This document shows, piece by piece, positions 49,901 through 64,000 of a DNA stretch of 64,000 nucleotides. Origin of the DNA: Balanoglossus misakiensis. Taxonomy: Eukaryota > Animalia > Hemichordata. Positions within the stretch are counted from its first letter, which is position 1. Every line of letters starts with the position of its first letter. The notes beneath the pieces are model-generated. The model ran no database searches and was not told where the DNA came from. It was given only the letters and a program-made list of their open reading frames with translations. The position numbers and the translations under genes were made by a program. The stretch covers positions 2,914,001 to 2,978,000 of the forward strand of contig CM082590.2 of NCBI GenBank assembly GCA_040954595.2, given 5' to 3'.

Positions 49901-52900
49901 ATATCCATACTTGCTGCCAAACAGCCTCGTTTATTTACCGAATTATGTTGTGAGGCGCAGAACACGTGATAGGCCTATGCGCATCAGAAAGTTTTCCACT
50001 AGACTCTGTAGATCGAGAGATAGTTCTAAAATTTCCAATGTTGCCTCAAAACACAGCCTCGTTTGTTTACAAAATTCTGTTGTGATGCGCAGAACACATA
50101 GATAGGCCTATGCACATAAGAACGTTTTCCACTAGACTCTGTAGATCGACGGATAGTTCTAAAATTTCCATGGTTGCTTCCAAACACAGTCTCGTTTGTT
50201 TACAAAAGTCTGCAGTGATGCGCAGAACACATGATAGGCCTATGCGCATAAGAAACTTTTTCACTGTAGATCGACGGATAGTTCTAAAATTTCCTTAGAC
50301 TCTGTAGATCGAGAGATAGTTCTAAAATTTCCATGGTTGCTTCCAAACACAGCCTCGTTTGTTTACAAAATTCTTTTGTGATGCGCAGAACACATAGCTA
50401 GGCCTATGCGCATAAGAAAGTTTTCCACTAGACTCTGTAGATCGACGGATAGTTCTAAAATTTCCATGGTTGCTTCCAAACAGCCTCGTTTATTTACCGA
50501 ATTCTGTTGTGAGGCGCAGAGCACGTAATAGGCCTATGCGCATACGAAAGTTTTCCACCAGACTCCGTAGATCGACGGATAGTTGTAAAATTCCATGGTT
50601 GTTTCCAAACACAGCCTCGTTTATTTACCGATTTCTGTTGTGAGGCGCTGAACACATGATAGGCCTATACGCATAAGAAAGTTTTCCACTATACTCTGTA
50701 GATCGACGGATAGTTCTAAAATTTCAATGGTTGCTTCCAAACAGCCTCGTTTATTTACCGAATTCTGTTGTGATGCGCAGAACACATGATAGGACTATGC
50801 GCATAAGAAATTTTTCCACTAGACTCTGTAGATCGACGGGTAGTTCTAAAATTTCCATAGTTGCTTCCAAACAGCCTCGTTTATTTACCGAATTCTGTTG
50901 TTAGGCGCAGAACACGTGATAGGCCTGTGCGCATAAGAAATTTTTCCACTAGACTCTGTAGATCGACGGATAGTTCTAAAATGTCCATGGTTGCTTCCAA
51001 ACAGCCTCGTTTATTTACCGAATTCTGTTGTTAGGCGCAGAACACGTGATAGGCCTGTGCGCATAAGAAAGTTTTCCACTAGATTCTGTAGATCGACGGA
51101 TAGTTCTAAAATATCCATACTTGCTTCCAAACAGCCTCGTTTATTTACCGAATTATGTTGTGAGGCGCAGAACACGTGATAGGCCTATGCGCATTAGAAA
51201 GTTTTCCACTAGACTCTGTAGATCGAGAGATAGTTCTAAAATTTCCAAGGTTGCTTCCAAACACAGTCTCGTTTGTTTACAAAAGTCTGCAGTGATGCGC
51301 AGAACACATGATAGGCCTATGCGCATAAGAAACTTTTTCACTGTAGATCGACGGATAGTTCTAAAATTTCCATAGACTCTGTAGATCGAGAGATAGTTCT
51401 AAAATTTCCATGGTTGCTTCCAAACACAGCCTCGTTTGTTTACAAAATTCTTTTGTGATGCGCAGAACACATAGCTAGGCCTATGCGCATAAGAAAGTTT
51501 TCCACTAGACTCTGTAGATCGACGGATAGTTCTAAAATGTCCATGGTTGATTTCAAACAGCCTTGTTTATTTACCGAATTCTGCTGTGATGCGCAGAACA
51601 CATAGATAGGCCTATGTGCATAAGAAAGTTTTCCACTAGACTCTGTAGATCGACGGATAGTTCTAAAATTTCCATGGTTGCATCCAAACAGCCTCGTTTA
51701 TTTACCGATTTCTGTTGTGAGGCGCAGAACACGTGATAGGCCTATGCGCATAAGAAAGTTTTTTACTAGACTCTGCAGATCGACGGATAGTTCTAAAATT
51801 TCCATGGTTGCTTCCAAACACAGCCTCGTTTATTTCCAAATTCTGTTGTAATGCGCAGAACTCATAGATAGGCCTATGCGCATAAGAACGTTTTCCACTA
51901 TACTCTATAGATCGACGGATAGTTCTAAAATTTCCATGGTTGCTTCCAAACACAGCCTCGTTTGTTTACAAAATTCTGCAGTGATGCGCAGAACACATGA
52001 TAGGCCTATGCGCATAAGAAACTTTTTCACTGTAGATCGACGGATAGTTCTAAAATTTCCATGGTTGATTCCAAACACAACCTCGTTTGTTTACAAAATT
52101 CTGTTGTAATGCGCAGAACACATAGCTAGGCCTATGCGCATAAGAAAGTTTTCCACTAGACTCTGTAGATCGAGAGATAGTTCTAAAATATACATGGTTG
52201 CCTCAAAACACAGCCTCGTTTGTTTACAAAATTCTGTTGTGATGCGCAGAACACATAGATAGGCCTATGTGCATAAGAAAGTTTTCCACTAGACTCTGTA
52301 GATCGACGGATAGTTCTAAAATTTCCATGGTTGCATCCAAACAGCCTCGTTTATTTACCGATTTCTGTTGTGAGGCGCAGAACACGTGATAGGCCTATGC
52401 GCATAAGAAAGTTTTTTACTAGACTCTGCAGATCGACGGATAGTTCTAAAATTTCCATGGTTGCTTCCAAACACAGCCTCGTTTATTTCCAAATTCTGTT
52501 TTAATGCGCAGAACACATAGATAGGCCTATGCGCATAAGAACGTTTTCCACTAGACTCTATAGATCGACGGATAGTTCTAAAATTTCCATGGTTGCTTCC
52601 AAACACAGCCTCGTTTGTTTACAAAATTCTGCAGTGATGCGCAGAACACATGATAGGCCTATGCGCATAAGAAACTTTTTCACTGTAGATCGACGGATAG
52701 TTCTAAAATTTCCATGGTTGATTCCAAACACAACCTCGTTTGTTTACAAAATTCTGTTGTAATGCGCAGAACACATAGCTAGGCCTATGCGCATAAGAAA
52801 GTTTTCCACTAGACTCTGTAGATCGAGAGATAGTTCTAAAATATACATGGTTGCCTCAAAACACAGCCTCGTTTGTTTACAAAATTCTGTTGTGATGCGC

Positions 52901-55900
52901 AGAACACATAGATAGGCCTATGCGCATAAGAACGTTTTCCACTAGACCTTTTAGATCGACGGATAGTTCTAAAATTTCCATGGTTGTTTCCAAACAGCCT
53001 CGTTTATTTACCGATTTCTGTTGTGAGGCGCTGAACACATAGATAGGCCTATGCGCATAAGAAAGTTTTCCACTAGAAGCTGAAGGTCGATGGATAGTTC
53101 TAAAATTTCCATGGTTGCTTCCAAACAGCCTCGTTTATTTACCGATTTCTGTTGTGAGGCGCAGAACACATGATACGCCCATGCGCATAAGAAATTTTTC
53201 CACTAGACTCTGTAGATCGACGGATAGTTCTATAATGTCCATGGTTGCTTCCAAACAAAGCCTCGTTTGTTTACAAAATTCTGTTGTGATGCGCAGAACA
53301 CATATATAGGCCTATGCGCATATGAACGTTTCCCACTATACTCTGTAGATCGAGAGATAGTTCTAAAATTTCCATGTTTGCTTACAAACAGCCTCGTTTA
53401 TTTACGGAATTCTGTTTTGAGGCGCAGAACACATAGATAGGCATATGTGCATAAGAAAGTTTTCCACTATAGACTCTGTAGATCGAGAGATAGTTCTAAA
53501 ATTTCCATGGTTGCTTCCAAACACAGCCTCGTTTGTTTACAAAATTCTGTTGTGATGCGCAGAACACATATATAGGCCTATGCGCATAAGAACGTTTTCC
53601 ACTAGACTCTGTAGAACGACGCTTAGCTGTAAAATGTCCATGGTTGCTTCCAAACTGCTTCGTTTATTTACCGATTTCTGTTGTGAGGCGCAGAACACAT
53701 GATAGGCCTATGCGCATAAGACATTTTTCCACTAGACTCTGTAGATCGACGGATAGTTCTAAAATTTCCATGGTTGCTTCCAAACAGCCTCGTTTATTTA
53801 CCGAATTCTGTTGTGAGGCGCAGAACACGTAATATACCTATGCGCATTAGAAAGTTTTCCACAAGACTCTGTAGATCGACGGATAGATGTAAAATGTCCA
53901 TGGTTGATTCCAAACACAACCTCGTTTGTTTACAAAATTCTGTTGTAATGCGCAGAACACATAGCTAGGCCTATGCGCATAAGAAAGTTTTCCACTAGAC
54001 TCTGTAGATCGAGAGATAGTTCTAAAATATACATGGTTGCCTCAAAACACAGCCTCGTTTGTTTACAAAATTCTGTTGTGATGCGCAGAACACATAGATA
54101 GGCCTATGCGCATAAGAACGTTTTCCACTAGACCTTTTAGATCGACGGATAGTTCTAAAATTTCCATGGTTGTTTCCAAACAGCCTCGTTTATTTACCGA
54201 TTTCTGTTGTGAGGCGCTGAACACATAGATAGGCCTATGCGCATAAGAAAGTTTTCCACTAGACGCTGAAGGTCGATGGATAGTTCTAAAATTTCCATGG
54301 TTGCTTCCAAACAGCCTCGTTTATTTACCGATTTCTGTTGTGAGGCGCAGAACACATGATACGCCCATGCGCATAAGAAATTTTTCCACTAGACTCTGTA
54401 GATCGACGGATAGTTCTATAATGTCCATGGTTGCTTCCAAACAAAGCCTCGTTTGTTTACAAAATTCTGTTGTGATGCGCAGAACACATATATAGGCCTA
54501 TGCGCATATGAACGTTTCCCACTATACTCTGTAGATCGAGAGATAGTTCTAAAATTTCCATGTTTGCTTACAAACAGCCTCGTTTATTTACGGAATTCTG
54601 TTTTGAGGCGCAGAACACATAGATAGGCATATGTGCATAAGAAAGTTTTCCACTATAGACTCTGTAGATCGAGAGATAGTTCCAAAATTTCCATGGTTGC
54701 TTCCAAACACAGCCTCGTTTGTTTACAAAATTCTGTTGTGATGCGCAGAACACATATATAGGCCTATGCGCATAAGAACGTTTTCCACTAGACTCTGTAG
54801 AACGACGGATAGCTGTAAAATGTCCATGGTTGCTTCCAAACTGCTTCGTTTATTTACCGATTTCTGTTGTGAGGCGCAGAACACATGATAGGCCTATGCG
54901 CATAAGACATTTTTCCACTAGACTCTGTAGATCGACGGATAGTTCTAAAATTTCCATGGTTGCTTCCAAACAGCCTCGTTTATTTACCGAATTCTGTTGT
55001 GAGGCGCAGAACACGTAATATACCTATGCGCATTAGAAAGTTTTCCACAAGACTCTGTAGATCGACGGATAGATGTAAAATGTCCACGGTTGCTTCCAAA
55101 TACAGCCTCGTTTATTTACCGATTTCTGTTGTGATGCGCATAACACATATATAGGCCTATGCGCAAAAGAACGTTTTCCACTAGACTCTGTAGATCGACG
55201 GATAGCTGTAAAATTTCCATGTTTGCTTCCAAACAGCCTCGTTTATTTACGGAATTCTGTTGTGAGGCGCAGAACACGTAATAGGCCTATGCGCATTAGA
55301 AAGTTTTCCACAGGATTCTGTAGATCGACGGATAGTTGTAAAATGTCCATGGTTGCTTCCAAATACTCTGTAGATCGAGAGATAGTTCTAAAATTTCCAT
55401 GTTTGCTTACAAACAGCCTCGTTTATTTACGGAATTCTGTTTTGAGGCGCAGAACACATAGATAGGCATATGTGCATAAGAAAGTTTTCCACTATAGACT
55501 CTGTAGATCGAGAGATAGTTCTAAAATTTCCATGGTTGCTTCCAAACACAGCCTCGTTTGTTTACAAAATTCTGTTGTGATGCGCAGAACACATATATAG
55601 GCCTATGCGCATAAGAACGTTTTCCACTAGACTCTGTAGAACGACGGATAGCTGTAAAATGTCCATGGTTGCTTCCAAACTGCCTCGTTTATTTACCGAT
55701 TTCTGTTGTGAGGCGCAGAACACATGATAGGCCTATGGGCATAAGACATTTTTCCACTAGACTCTGTAGATCGACGGATAGTTCTAAAATTTCCATGGTT
55801 GCTTCCAAACAGCCTCGTTTATTTACCGAATTCTGTTGTGAGGCGCAGAACACGTAATAGACCTATGCGCATTAGAAAGTTTTCCACAAGACTCTGTAGA

Positions 55901-58900
55901 TCGACGGATAGATGTAAAATGTCCACGGTTGCTTCCAAATACAGCCTCGTTTATTTACCGATTTCTGTTGTGATGCGCATAACACATATATAGGCCTATG
56001 CGCAAAAGAACGTTTTCCACTAGACTCTGTAGATCGACGGATAGCTGTAAAATTTCCATGTTTGCTTCCAAACAGCCTCGTTTATTTACGGAATTCTGTT
56101 GTGAGGCGCAGAACACGTAATAGACCTATGCGCATTAGAAAGTTTTCCACAAGACTCTGTAGATCGACGGATAGATGTAAAATGTCCACGGTTGCTTCCA
56201 AATACAGCCTCGTTTATTTACCGATTTCTGTTGTGATGCGCATAACACATATATAGGCCTATGCGCAAAAGAACGTTTTCCACTAGACTCTGTAGATCGA
56301 CGGATAGCTGTAAAATTTCCATGTTTGCTTCCAAACAGCCTCGTTTATTTACGGAATTCTGTTGTGAGGCGCAGAACACGTAATAGGCCTATGCGCATTA
56401 GAAAGTTTTCCACAGGACTCTGTAGATCGACGGATAGTTGTAAAATGTCCATGGTTGCTTCCAAATACAGCCTCGTTTATTTACCGATTTCTGTTGTGAT
56501 GCGCATAACATATATATAGGCCTATGCGCAAAAGAACGTTTTCCACTAGACTCTGTAGATCGACGGATAGCTGTAAAATTTCCATGTTTGCTTGCAAACA
56601 GCCTTGTTTATTTACGGAATTCTGTTTTGAGGCGCAGAACACATGATAGGCCTATGCGCATACGACATTTTTCCACTAGACTCTGTAGATCGACGGATAG
56701 TTGTAACATTTCCATGGTTGCTTCCAAACAACCTCGTTTGTTTACCGAATTCTGTTGTGATGCGCAGAACACATATATAGGCCTATGCGCATAAGAACGT
56801 TTTCCACTAGACTCTGTAGATCGACGGATAGTTGTAAAATGTTCATGGTTGCTTCCAAATACAGCCTCGTTTATTTACCGATTTCTGTTGTGATGCGCAT
56901 AACACATAGATAGGCCTATGCGCATTATAACGTTTTCCACTAGACTCTGTAGATCGACGGATAGTTGTAAAATTTCCATGGTTGCTTCCAAACAGCCTCG
57001 TTTATTTACCGAATTCTGTTGTTAGGCGCAGAACACGTTATAGGCCTATGCGCATTAGAAAGTTTTCCACCAGACTCTGTAGATCGAAGGATTTTTGTAA
57101 AATTTCCATGGTTGCTTCCAAACAACCTCGTTTGTTTACGAATTCTGTTGTGATGCGCAGAACACATATATAGGGCTATGCGCATAAGAAAGTTTTCCAC
57201 CAGACTCCGTAGATCGACGGATAGTTGTAAAATTTCCATGGTTGCTTCCAAACAGCCTCGTTTATTTACCGAATTCTGTTGTGAGGCGCAGAACACATAG
57301 ATAGGCATATGTGCATAAGAAAGTTTTCCACTATAGACTCTGTAGATCGAGAGATAGTTCTAAAATGTCCATGGTTGCTACCAAACACAGCCTCGTTTGT
57401 TTACAAAATTCTGTTGTGATGCGCAGAACACATAGATAGGCCTATGCGCATATGAACGTTTTCCACCATACACTGTAGATCGAGAGATAGTTCTAAAACT
57501 TCCATGTTTGCTTCCAAACAGCCTCGTTTATTTGCGGAATTCTGTTTTGAGGCGCAGAACACATAGATAGGCATATGTGAATAAGACAGTTTTCCACTAT
57601 AGACTCTGTAGATCGAGAGATAGTTCTAAAATATACATGGTTGCTTCCAAACAGCCTCGTTTATTTACCGATTTCTGTTGTGAGGCGCAGAACACATAGA
57701 TAGGCCTATGCGCATGAAAAACTTTTCAACTTTAGATCAACGGATAGTTCTAAAATTTCCATGGTTGTTTCCAAACAGCCTCGTTTATTTACCGAATTCT
57801 GTTGTGATGCGTAGAACACATACATATGCCTATGCGCATAAGAAAGTTTTCCACTAGACTCCGTAGATCGACGAATAGTTCTAAAATGTCCATGGTTGCT
57901 TCCAAACAAAGCCTGGTTTGTTTACAAAATTCTGTTGTGAAGCGCAGAACACATAGATAGGCCTATGCGCATATGAACGTTTTCCACTATACTCTGTAGA
58001 TCGAGAGATAGTTCTAAAATTTCCATGTTTGCTTCCAAACAGCCTCGTTTATTTACGGAATTCTGTTTTGAGGCGCAGAACACATAGATAGGCATATGTG
58101 CATAAGAAAGTTTTCCACTATAGACTCTGTAGATCGAGAGATAGTTCTAAAATGTCCATGGTTGCTTCCAAACACAGCCTCGTTTGTTTACAAAATTCTG
58201 TTGTGATGCGCAGAACACATATATAGGCCTATGCGCATAATAACGTTTTCCACTAGACTCTGTAGATCGACGGATAGTTGTAAAATTTCCATGGTTGCTT
58301 CCAGACAGCCTCGTTTATTTACCGAATTCTGTTGTAAGGCACAGAACACATAGATAGGCCTATGTGCATAAGAAAGTTTTCCACTATAGACTCTGTAGAT
58401 CGAGAGATAGTTCTAAAATGTCCATGGTTGCTTCCAAACACAGCCTCGTTTGTTTACAAAATTCTGTTGTGATGCGCAGAACACATATATAGGCCTATGC
58501 GCATAATAACGTTTTCCACTAGACTCTGTAGATCGACGGATAGTTGTAAAATTTCCATGGTTGCTTCCAAACAGCCTCGTTTATTTACCGAATTCTGTTG
58601 TGAGGCGCAGAACACATAGATAGGCATATGTGCATAAGAAAGTTTTCCACTATAGACTCTGTAGATCGAGAGATAGTTCTAAAATGTCCATGGTTGCTAC
58701 CAAACACAGCCTCGTTTGTTTACAAAATTCTGTTGTGAAGCGCAGAACACATATATAGGCCTATGCGCATAAGAACGTTTCCACTAGACTCTGTAGATCG
58801 ACGGATAGTTGTAAAATTTCCATGGTTGCTTCCAAACAGCCTCGTTTATTTACCGAATTCTGTTGTTAGGCGCAGAACACGTTATAGGCCTATGCGCATA

Positions 58901-61900
58901 AGAAAGTTTTCCACCAGACTCTGTAGATGGACTGATAGTTGTAAAATTTCCATGGTTGCTTCCAAACAGCCTCGTTTATTTACTGATTTCTGTTGTGAGG
59001 CGCAGAACACATGATAGGCCAATGCGCATAAGACATTTTTCCACTAGACTCTGTAGATCGACGGATAGTTGTAAAATTTCCATGGTTGCTTCCAAACAAC
59101 CTCGTTTGTTTACGAATTCTGTTGTGATGCGCAGAACACATATATAGGCCTATGCGCATAAGAACGTTTTCCACTAGACTCTGTAGATCGAGAGATAGTT
59201 CTAAAATTTCCATGGTTGCTTCCAAACAGCCTCGTTTATTTACCGAATTCTGTTGTGAGACGCAGAACACGTAATAGGCCTATGCGCATAAGAAAGTTTT
59301 CCACCAGACTCCGTAGATCGACGGATAGTTGTAAAATTTCCATGGTTGCTTCCAAACAGCCTCGTTTATTTACCGAATTCTGTTGTGAGGCGCAGAACAC
59401 ATAGATAGGCCTATGTGCATAAGAAAGTTTTCCACTATAGACTCTGTAGATCGAGAGATAGTTCTAAAATGTCCATGGTTGCTACCAAACACAGCCTCGT
59501 TTGTTTACAAAATTCTGTTGTGATGCGCAGAACACATAGATAGGCCTATGCGCATATGAACGTTTTCCACTATACACTGTAGATCGAGAGATAGTTCTAA
59601 AACTTCCATGTTTGCTTCCAAACAGCCTCGTTTATTTGCGGAATTCTGTTTTGAGGCGCAGAACACATAGATAGGAGTATGTGAATAAGAAAGTTTTCCA
59701 CTATAGACTCTGTACATCGAGAGATAGTTGTAAAATTTCCATGGTTGCTTCCAAACAGCCTCGTTTATTTACCGATTTCTGTTGTGAGGCGCAGAACACA
59801 TAGATAGGCCTATGCGCATAAAAAAAATTTCAACTTTAGATCAACGGATAGTTCTAAAATTTCCATGGTTGCTTCCAAACACAGCCTCGTTTGTTTACAA
59901 AATTCTGTTGTGATGCGCAGAACACATATATAGGCCTATGCGCATAAGAACGTTTTCCACTAGACTCTGTATATCCACGGATAGCTGTAAAATTGCCATG
60001 TTTGCTTCCAAACAGCCTCGTTTATTTACGGAATTCTGTTTTTAGGCGCAGAACACATAGATAGGCATATGTGCATAAGAAAGTTTTCCACTATAGACTC
60101 TGTAGATCGAGAGATAGTTCTAAAATGTCCATGGTTGCTTCCAAACACAGCCTCGTTTGTTTACAAAATTCTGTTGTGATGCGCAGAACACATATATAGG
60201 CCTATGCGCAAAAGAACGTTTTCCACTAGACTCTGTAGATCGACGGATAGCTGTAAAATTTCCATGGTTGCTTCCAAACAGCCTCGTTTATTTCCCGAAT
60301 TCTGTTGTGAGGCGCAGAACACGTAATAGGCCTATGCGCATTAGAACGTTTTCCACAAGACTCTGTAGATCGACGGATAGATGTAAAATGTCCACGGTTG
60401 CTTCCAAATACAGCCTCGTTTATTTACCGATTTCTGTTGTGATGCGCATAACACATATATAGGCCTATGCGCAAAAGAACGTTTTCCACTAGACTCTGTA
60501 GATCGACGGATAGTTGTACAATTTCCATGTTTGCTTCCAAACAGCCTCGTTTATTTACGGAATTCTGTTGTGAGGCGCAGAACACGTAATAGGCCTATGC
60601 GCATTAGAAAGTTTTCCACAAGACTCTGTAGATCGACGGATAGTTGTAAAATGTCCATGGTTGCTTCCAAATACAGCCTCGTTTATTTACCGATTTCTGT
60701 TGTGATGCGCATAACACATATATAGGCCTATGCGCAAAAGAACGTTTTCCACTAGACTCTGTAGATCGACGGATAGCTGTAAAATTTCCATGTTTGCTTG
60801 CAAACAGCCTCGTTTATTTACGGAATTCTGTTTTGAGGCGCAGAACACATGATAGGCCTATGCGCATACGACATTTTTCCACTAGACTCTGTAGATCGAC
60901 GGATAGTTGTAGAATTTCCATGGTTGCTTCCAAACAACCTCGTTTGTTTACCGAATTCTGTTGTGATGCGCAGAACACATATATAGGCCTATGCGCATAA
61001 GAACGTTTTCCACTAGACTCTGTAGATCGACGGATAGTTGTAAAATGTTCATGGTTGCTTCCAAATACAGCCTCGTTTATTTACCGATTTCTGTTGTGAT
61101 GCGCATAACACATAGATAGGCCTATGCGCATTATAACGTTTTCCACTAGACTCTGTAGATCGACGGATAGTTGTAAAATTTCCATGGTTGCTTCCAAACA
61201 GCCTCGTTTATTTACCGAATTCTGTTGTTAGGCGCAGAACACGTTATAGGCCTATGCGCATAAGAAAGTTTTCCACCAGACTCTGTAGATCGACGGATAG
61301 TTGTAAAATTTCCATGGTTGCTTCCAAACAGCCTCGTTTATTTACCGAATTCTGTTGTTAGGCGCAGAACACGTTATAGGCCTATGCGCATAAGAAAGTT
61401 TTCCACCAGACTCTGTAGATGGACTGATAGTTGTAAAATTTCCATGGTTGCTTCCAAACAGCCTCGTTTATTTACTGATTTCTGTTGTGAGGCGCAGAAC
61501 ACATGATAGGCCAATGCGCATAAGACATTGTTCCACTAGACTCTGTAGATCGACGGATAGTTGTAAAATTTCCATGGTTGCTTCCAAACAACCTCGTTTG
61601 TTTACGAATTCTGTTGTGATGCGCAGAACACATATATAGGGCTATGCGCATAAGAAAGTTTTCCACCAGACTCCGTAGATCGACGGATAGTTGTAAAATG
61701 TTCATGGTTGCTTCCAAATACAGCCTCGTTTATTTACCGATTTCTGTTGTGATGCGCATAACACATAGATAGGCCTATGCGCATTATAACGTTTCCACTA
61801 GACTCTGTAGATCGACGGATAGTTGTAAAATTTCCATGGTTGCTTCCAAACAGCCTCGTTTATTTACCGAATTCTGTTGTTAGGCGCAGAACACATGATA

Positions 61901-64000
61901 GGCCAATGCGCATAAGACATTTTTCCACTAGACTCTGTAGATCGACGGATAGTTGTAAAATTTCCATGGTTGCTTCCAAACAACCTCGTTTGTTTACGAA
62001 TTCTGTTGTGATGCGCAGAACACATATATAGGGCTATGCGCATAAGAAAGTTTTCCACCAGACTCCGTAGATCGACGGATAGTTGTAAAATTTCCATGGT
62101 TGCTTCCAAACAGCCTCGTTTATTTACCGAATTCTGTTGTGAGGCGCAGAACACATAGATAGGCATATGTGCATAAGAAAGTTTTCCACTATAGACTCTG
62201 TAGATCGAGAGATAGTTCTAAAATGTCCATGGTTGCTACCAAACACAGCCTCGTTTGTTTACAAAATTCTGTTGTGATGCGCAGAACACATAGATAGGCC
62301 TATGCGCATATGAACGTTTTCCACCATACACTGTAGATCGAGAGATAGTTCTAAAACTTCCATGTTTGCTTCCAAACAGCCTCGTTTATTTGCGGAATTC
62401 TGTTTTGAGGCGCAGAACACATAGATAGGCATATGTGAATAAGAAAGTTTTCCACTATAGACTCTGTAGATCGAGAGATAGTTGTAAAATTTCCATGGTT
62501 GCTTCCAAACAGCCTCGTTTATTTACCGATTTCTGTTGTGAGGCGCAGAACACATAGATAGGCCTATGCGCATAAAAAACTTTTCAACTTTAGATCAACG
62601 GATAGTTCTAAAATTTCCATGGTTGTTTCCAAACAGCCTCGTTTATTTACCGAATTCTGTTGTGATGCGTAGAACACATACATATGCCTATGCGCATAAG
62701 AAAGTTTTCCACTAGACTCCGTAGATCGACGAATAGTTCTAAAATGTCCATGGTTGCTTCCAAACAAAGCCTGGTTTGTTTACAAAATTCTGCTGTGATG
62801 CGCAGAACACATAGATAGGCCTATGCGCATATGAACGTTTTCCACTATACTCTGTAGATCGAGAGATAGTTCTAAAATTTCCATGTTTGCTTCCAAACAG
62901 CCTCGTTTATTTACGGAATTCTGTTTTGAGGCGCAGAACACATAGATCGGCATATGTGCATAAGAAAGTTTTCCACTATAGACTCTGTAGATCGAGAGAT
63001 AGTTCTAAAATGTCCATGGTTGCTTCCAAACACAGCCTCGTTTGTTTACAAAATTCTGTTGTGATGCGCAGAACACATATATAGGCCTATGCGCATAATA
63101 ACGTTTTCCACTAGACTCTGTACATCGACGGATAGTTGTAAAATTTCCATGGTTGCTTCCAAACAGCCTCGTTTATTTACCGAATTCTGTTGTAAGGCAC
63201 AGAACACATAGATAGGCCTATGTGCATAAGAAAGTTTTCCACTATAGACTCTGTAGATCGAGAGATAGTTCTAAAATGTCCATGGTTGCTTCCAAACACA
63301 GCCTCGTTTGTTTACAAAATTCTGTTGTGATGCGCAGAACACATATATAGGCCTATGCGCATAATAACGTTTTCCACTAGACTCTGTAGATCGACGGATA
63401 GTTGTAAAATTTCCATGGTTGCTTCCAAACAGCCTCGTTTATTTACCGAATTCTGTTGTGAGGCGCAGAACACATAGATAGGCATATGTGCATAAGAAAG
63501 TTTTCCACTATAGACTCTGTAGATCGAGAGATAGTTCTAAAATGTCCATGGTTGCTACCAAACACAGCCTCGTTTGTTTACAAAATTCTGTTGTGATGCG
63601 CAGAACACATATATAGGCCTATGCGCATAAGAACGTTTCCACTAGACTCTGTAGATCGACGGATAGTTGTAAAATTTCCATGGTTGCTTCCAAACAGCCT
63701 CGTTTATTTACCGAATTCTGTTGTTAGGCGCAGAACACGTTATAGGCCTATGCGCATAAGAAAGTTTTCCACCAGACTCTGTAGATGGACTGATAGTTGT
63801 AAAATTTCCATGGTTGCTTCCAAACAGCCTCGTTTATTTACTGATTTCTGTTGTGAGGCGCAGAACACATGATAGGCCAATGCGCATAAGACATTTTTCC
63901 ACTAGACTCTGTAGATCGACGGATAGTTGTAAAATTTCCATGGTTGCTTCCAAACAACCTCGTTTGTTTACGAATTCTGTTGTGATGCGCAGAACACATA
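46917..64000. repeat. Large satellite array, ~130-133-bp monomer, ~130 copies, with higher-order repeats; continues off the right edge
   Basis: Monomer GCGCAGAACACATAGATAGGCCTATGCGCATAAGAAAGTTTTCCACTAGACTCTGTAGATCGACGGATAGTTCTAAAATTTCCATGGTTGCTTCCAAACAGCCTCGTTTATTTACCGAATTCTGTTGTGA repeats without interruption. Confidence 0.98.

Noticed and set aside
46824-64000. Dozens of short ORFs (MLPNSLVYLP..., MRIRKFSTRLCRSTDS...) resembling a repeat-protein family
   Set aside because: They are chance translations of the satellite. Monomer length varies between 130 and 133 bp, frames shift constantly, and ORFs occur on both strands.

Overview
Eukaryotic, AT-rich, repeat-dense animal DNA. The repeat styles suggest a marine invertebrate; this is an inference. 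There is no intact protein-coding gene, no prokaryotic operon and no CRISPR array. (1) 1-6.65 kb is a macro-tandem of 116-bp satellite blocks separated by ~780-bp conserved spacers, plus small tandem repeats. (2) 15.7-39.4 kb on the minus strand is a degraded, spliced MED25-like gene (VWA exon 'EGLSTALQLFDD', linker exons, Q-rich/LxxLL exons). Where the ACID domain is expected there are instead four calcium-binding EGF exons. (3) One intron (22.8-33.7 kb) holds a ~11-kb fossil Academ-like DNA transposon. Its transposase (Zn finger, DDE core, XPG-like domain, CXC) carries an OTU cysteine-protease domain inside the catalytic core. It is interrupted by nested elements: an L1/Tx1 LINE with a 14-bp TSD, a Kolobok-like TTAA element, a Transib/RAG-like element with a 5-bp TSD, an L2 fragment and a Helentron-like repeat. 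(4) 39.7-42.2 kb is a TIR element carrying a spliced BEN-domain pseudogene. (5) 46.9-64 kb is a 17-kb CpG-rich ~131-bp satellite with layered higher-order repeats, preceded by a hairpin and a CTCF-like motif. All family assignments come from motif recognition by eye, without database searches.
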